NCBI GenBank assembly: GCA_963575745.1
Contig: CAUYUJ010000270.1
Span: 496,001 to 560,000 of the forward strand
Direction of reading: 5' to 3'
Length of the DNA stretch: 64,000 bases
Source: Prorocentrum cordatum
Taxonomy: Eukaryota
Shown: piece by piece, positions 59,111 through 64,000 of the stretch
Layout: each line of letters begins with the position of its first letter
Numbering within the stretch: the first letter of the stretch is position 1
The notes under the pieces: model-generated
Told to the model about the DNA's origin: nothing
Seen by the model: the letters and a program-made list of their open reading frames with translations, nothing else
Database searches by the model: none
Made by a program: the position numbers and the translations under genes

Positions 59111-61539
59111 TGGATCCGAATTAGCTCTCCCCCTGACCCTCCCCCTTTCTTGTTTTTACATTGGCCACGCAAATACGGCCGCCGGGGCACGCGAACCGAC
59201 AGAGATTATGGAACGCTAACCTTCTGGTTTGTTTCTCCGATGTTGTGGGAGCGGAGGGGTAGGCAGGTGGGGGGATGAGGGTAGAGGCAGAGATGGCGGA
59301 TCCGTAGCTTTGTTTGGGCTCAAGCATTGAGGTGTAGGCCGGCGCTCAAGGCCTCGACCGCTAGAGCGTGAGAGGCCGCACACAATTGTGGGTCTCAGTG
59401 CCGGAGCTGCTGAAGCGCATGCTGAAGAGCATCGGGGTCGCAGAGTTCGAGAAAACGGTTTCTTTCCTCCTAGTAGTCGCATTCTAGAATACCCCTCCTC
59501 CTCCTCCTCCTCCTCCTCCTCTTCCTCCTCCTCCTCGTCCTCCTCCTCCTCCACCTCCTCCTCTTCCTCCTCCTCCACCTCCTCCTCTTCCTCCTCCTCC
59601 ATCCCCTTACTCATGCACACTCCTCCTCCTCCTCGCCCTCCTCTTCCTTTTCCTCCGCCTCCTCCTCCTGCTCCTCTTCGTCCCCCTCATCCTCCTCTTC
59701 CTCGTCCTCCTCCCCCATAGTTTTCCGCATGAGCAATTCCCCCTCTGCCGCGCCCCCCAAACATGTCGGTTGGGCGGGCCGGGCGTGTCACCTGATGGTT
59801 CCCCACCAATTACGATCCTGAAATTCGAAATATGCAGCAAACTCAAAAATGAAAGGCCGGTGGTTTCAAAATGCAGCTCTCGCTTTATTGCCGTTTTCGT
59901 CCTCCTCCCTCTTCGCGTTCCTCCCTAGCGCAGCTCCTCATACTTCGACAGAGCGCCCACGCAACGTCGGTTCAAAAAGGGAGGGCCCCCCCCTTGGCTA
60001 CGCCCCGCCCCCCTTGGACCTGCCGCGCCCAAAGCCCACACCTCCCCCTTTTTCCGCCCCTCGAAAGCTACCTCCCCCCTCCCCCCTGTCGCGCTGCTGA
60101 AACTACCCCCTCGCCCCCTCTACCTTTTCCAAAGGGGGGGGCGGCTTAACTCCCTCCTTTGCACAGGCGCGCCGAAAACCAACGAAGCGCCTAAAACCAA
60201 ACGGGCGTCGGAAAACCAAAGGTGGCGGAAGTTACGCGGAAACGTGGGGAAAGCGTATTACGGCGCTGTTCTCCTCCAGCGCAGCTCGAACAAAAGGGCC
60301 TGCGGGCATGTCATGAATTGACGGCGTCCGAAACACACAAGATGCCGAGCGCACCGCCTGGCCGAACGGGGGGCGGTTGGTGGGTCCGCTCCTCCTCGGA
60401 CACCCCTCGGGGTCACCACCCCCTCCAGGGTTCTGGAAAGGAGAATTTAAACCCGCAGTGCTTCGGCGCAAAGTCACGGAGGTCTATGAACGCGCCTGCA
60501 GCGCATCTAAACAGCACACAGCTCAAGGCCCTACTCCTCGGACCACGCCCCCTGTTCTCGCGGTCCCAAAGGCTGGAAACGACGGCTGGTCGTCCACCAG
60601 GTGTACTTGACCTGGCTCTGGGTGGCAACCGACCTTCTGCGGTCGCCCTTCATGGACTTGATCTTCACTGCTGGCTCACTCAACCCCTCGATCGGGACAT
60701 GATGCGGCCTCACATTTCTCATTTCGCATTCAAAACAGCCTCCACGGCGCGCGCGCCGGCGGCCCCTGACGCGCGTTCCGCGGACGCTGCGGCTCAGAGC
60801 TGCCTAGCGCGAGCAGGTCGGAGTCGCGCAGCCGACGGGGGACAGGCGGTGGTGTCACACACCCCTTCCCCCCCCTGCTGGTACCAAGGCAAGCAGGGGC
60901 AGGCCGCCCGCAACTAGCTGCTCTTCCCGCGGGGACGGGAGGCGCCGCTCGCCGGAGTTACGGGCGGCCACACTATCTCCACAGGCCTGCCGACGACCCC
61001 CCCCACACCAGAAAGCCCCGCTGTCAGGCGACCCTGGGGGCGACGAGAGGGCCCTGGCAGACGCCTGGGAGGGCGCTCTAGCGGACCGGGCACTGCCTCA
61101 ACGGGCTGGGGACCGTGAGACAAGCGACCCTACCGCGGGAACCCCTGCGGTGAAACCGCACAGGGGAGAGACGGGGGGGCGCGCGAGAGGGGGAGAAGGC
61201 CCCACGAGCTCCACGAGCAGCCCCAAGCCGAACAGGCATGGGAACAAACGCAAAATGGCCCATCCCGTCTGCGAGGCGGAGGGGCGCCTTACAGCAAGCA
61301 CTAGAACGCGAGCGCGGGAGGGGGCCAAGGAGAAGGGGAAGGACGCGCACAAACAAACTAGCGAAGGGATCCCCTTCCACGGAATAGCCAGAGCGGCGCG
61401 CATCACGACTGCGAAGCACGGGGGGCGGCAGACCTGGCGGCCCTGTCGGGCCGTCCGCGCGGCAGCGGGATACCTCGCCACCTACCCCGAGTCGGAAGAC
61501 GAGGAGGAGGAGGGGGAGGGCGAGGAGAGGAGAGGAAGG

Positions 61540-64000
61540 GACACACCTACGAATGGCTCCACCCGCAAACACCACGCGCTGGATACGTTTGCAAGGGCAC
61601 CTGGAATCTCCGAACGAAAGCTGGAGCAACAAATCTGGCGTCGGATCCCCTGGAAAGAGTTCCGTGCGTTCCTGGCCGGACACGGGGCAAGAACTGAGCG
61701 CGTGCCGCACTGGAACCTCGCGGCGCCCGCAGGCTCCACAACGGCGCAGGAAAATGGGGCGCTCCTCGCCCCCCGAGACCGACGAGGGCCACTTGTTCGT
61801 CATTCGGGCCACAGCCCAGGGCCGGTAGTGGGGCCAGAAGGACGCCCCTGGCCCCCCAGCCAACACGTCTGGGTCCAATGGCGCCGAGAAGCAAAATAGC
61901 GATTTAACTGAAGCAAAGGTTGCATGGCAGCCTTCGCGAATGCTGCGCGGTCGCACCGCAACAGGGCCGGGCGCAACACCTCGAGCCGGTACGATTTGGC
62001 GATCACTTTCCTAGCGGCCGAAGACACCCGCGCCTTTCGCAGCAGGGCGGCAGGAAACACGGGGTGCACCTCGAGGTCCGGCGGGGGGGGGTTCGGGCCG
62101 CTGGTCCAAAGCCAGCGCCGCCGATTCCCACGTGGGGGTGGCCAGCGACCGAGCAGCCTGCAGCATGGGGGCGCCTGGGTGGCCCTCCAGGAGGACCATG
62201 GGCCGCGCTCGCGCCAACGACGCCTTTTCCAAACATTTCGTTCCCAGGCGCATGGGCCAGCCACATTGGGCGACGACCGCTGCGCGGCGAAGTGGCGGCC
62301 CCTGGTGGCACCCTAAAACACGCCTGCCCCAAGCCACCTGCAACTTATTCAAGGCTGATTCCGCGCTGGGCACAGCGGCCAGGAGCGGGGCAGCGTACAA
62401 AACCACGGGTTCGACGCGAGCGGGGAGCTGCGCCGCGGCCTCTGGGATGGAAAAGCCCCCAGATTACGGCGCGTAGAGCAGCTTTCAAAAACAGCTATGC
62501 CCGACGGCGACGATCTCGCGGAGCAGGGGTTCAAACGACAAGTCCGAACCCACTGACACTCCCAAGAGGACCTCGCGGTCCACCACCGGGCGGCTGGCGA
62601 GGCTAGGATGGGGCGGCACCTTGGACTGGAAGAACGCACGTCTTGGACCTCTCTCGGAAGAAAAACGACTTAAACTTGCGCGCGCACCGACTGCACGCGG
62701 ATTCTTCCTCAGGAGATAGGACCGCGCGCGCCGCCCCCACATGTGGGCAAGCTACCGTGAGGTCGTCGACGAACTGCGCAGGTGGCATGTGCAAGTCGCC
62801 CGCGAGCTCCACCACCGCGGCTCTGTCCGCAAGGGCCGGGAGGGCACCGAGGCAGGTGGCCAGCGCGGCGTCGGCGCGCGGCCATGGCGGAGATTCGGAA
62901 GCCGCCACCCGTAGCACCTCCTGCAGCAGTGCCGCCGCTGGGAGGGCCCTGTCCGGCATTGCCACCTCGGTGGCTGGGGGACAAGCCTCGACCGCTACTG
63001 CGAGAGCCCGCCTAGCCAGGCGCGGGGCAACGGCGGCGCACCCCCCAGGGACTGCGGCCGCGATCTCCACGGGCAGCGCTTTCAACTGCGCGTTGCAAAT
63101 GTGAACCGAGAAACGCCTGCCCTGGGCGGTGCCGCAACCGAGCGCGAAAACGGGCGACAACAGGTTGCGCAGGCCGATCGCCTGATGGTCTTGCGCCAAC
63201 ACGTCGTCCAAAATCAGCCAGTCCGACCCGCGCGCTCCTGCTTCAAAGACGCCGCAGAGCATTACATTAACTGAGGCGACGTCAAACGCCCACTTGTTGT
63301 CCGCGACAGCCCACCATGTTGGCAGGTCTTGCGCGGCCTGCAATTGGGTATTCATGATGAGAACAATAACCAACGACACAGTATCGCCCACCCCCCCTTG
63401 CTGGGATGGGCCACAGGCCTCTATCGGACGTCCGTCGCGGGCAATCCATGCCGCGTCCTGGACGGAGGCCATATCAGTCGTGAGCGAGATCGGCCGCAGC
63501 GACACAATCTTCCGGACAGTCGCCGGCCCTGACTTCTGGATGGAAGCAAAGTGGCGACGAGACCATGAGCGGGCCGTTACGCACAGTGCGCGACCAAGAT
63601 TGAGTAGCGCCCGCGTCAGGCGGAAGCCCTCCTCAACCTGGGCCCGCAAAGCTGCGTTGCACAAGTGCACCGTGCGCTTGCCTGGCTTGAGCAGGGACAA
63701 CGCCGCTTCGACCTCATGGTCGGCGCATGGTCGTCCTGGATACAGGGGTCCAGCCCCCGCCCCCGTGCTGCGGATGTTGGTGACCGTCTGTGCAAGGCCG
63801 TCCCTAGCCTCTGGGCACTATGGAAAATCGTTGTGGGCCCTGGAAAACAGATCGTCGCGGATCGCATCGATCATGCCGCTAGTGGACAGTGGACAAGGCT
63901 TGCCCAGGGATGGCATCCACTACCTACTGGGATGTCGAACTTCGCCGCCGACTTGAAAAGCCAGACAAAAAACGCTCGGCGGCGCCAGCGTTGGTTTCGC
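61540..64000 (-). mobile_element. Degenerate non-LTR retrotransposon: RT (ORF 62603-63700) and C-terminal CCHC; left and right limits uncertain
   Basis: LRPISL, SQQGG, ADNKWAFD, GTAQGRRFS, QFVDDL; downstream VLYAAP and CGACGRREVPVRHALSSCP; frameshifted. Confidence 0.9.

Noticed and set aside
60200..61500. Possible coding remnants left of the LINE (e.g. ORF 60531-60722)
   Set aside because: No motif I can identify with confidence.

Overview
Eukaryotic, GC-rich, almost entirely repeat-derived DNA. A dinoflagellate source is inferred from the repeat and retroelement types and is not proven. Main contents: (1) a degenerate ~18-kb Ty1/copia-like LTR retrotransposon on the minus strand (6531-24451). 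It has ~270-bp LTR-like direct repeats and a tRNA-iMet-type PBS. Besides Gag, protease, integrase, RT and RNase H it carries a Tpt1/KptA-like RNA 2'-phosphotransferase domain, a RING-H2 finger and a C5-DNA-methyltransferase-like domain. (2) Two tyrosine-recombinase retrotransposons with split direct repeats (A1...B1-A2-B2): one young with open ORFs (32274-38493) and one decayed with nested insertions and a recognisable DNMT-like domain (39255-52036). Both sit in (ATC)n microsatellites. (3) Two LINE fragments. (4) Ten copies of four non-autonomous families with asymmetric sub-terminal inverted repeats and, where readable, A|T insertion without TSD (Helitron2/Helentron-like); these carry most of the satellite arrays. 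(5) Possible micro-exons of a host gene. Conserved motif codons in the old elements are repeatedly broken by TG>CG / CA>CG changes, the reverse of CpG decay. All domain calls are by-eye motif recognition; no database search was run.
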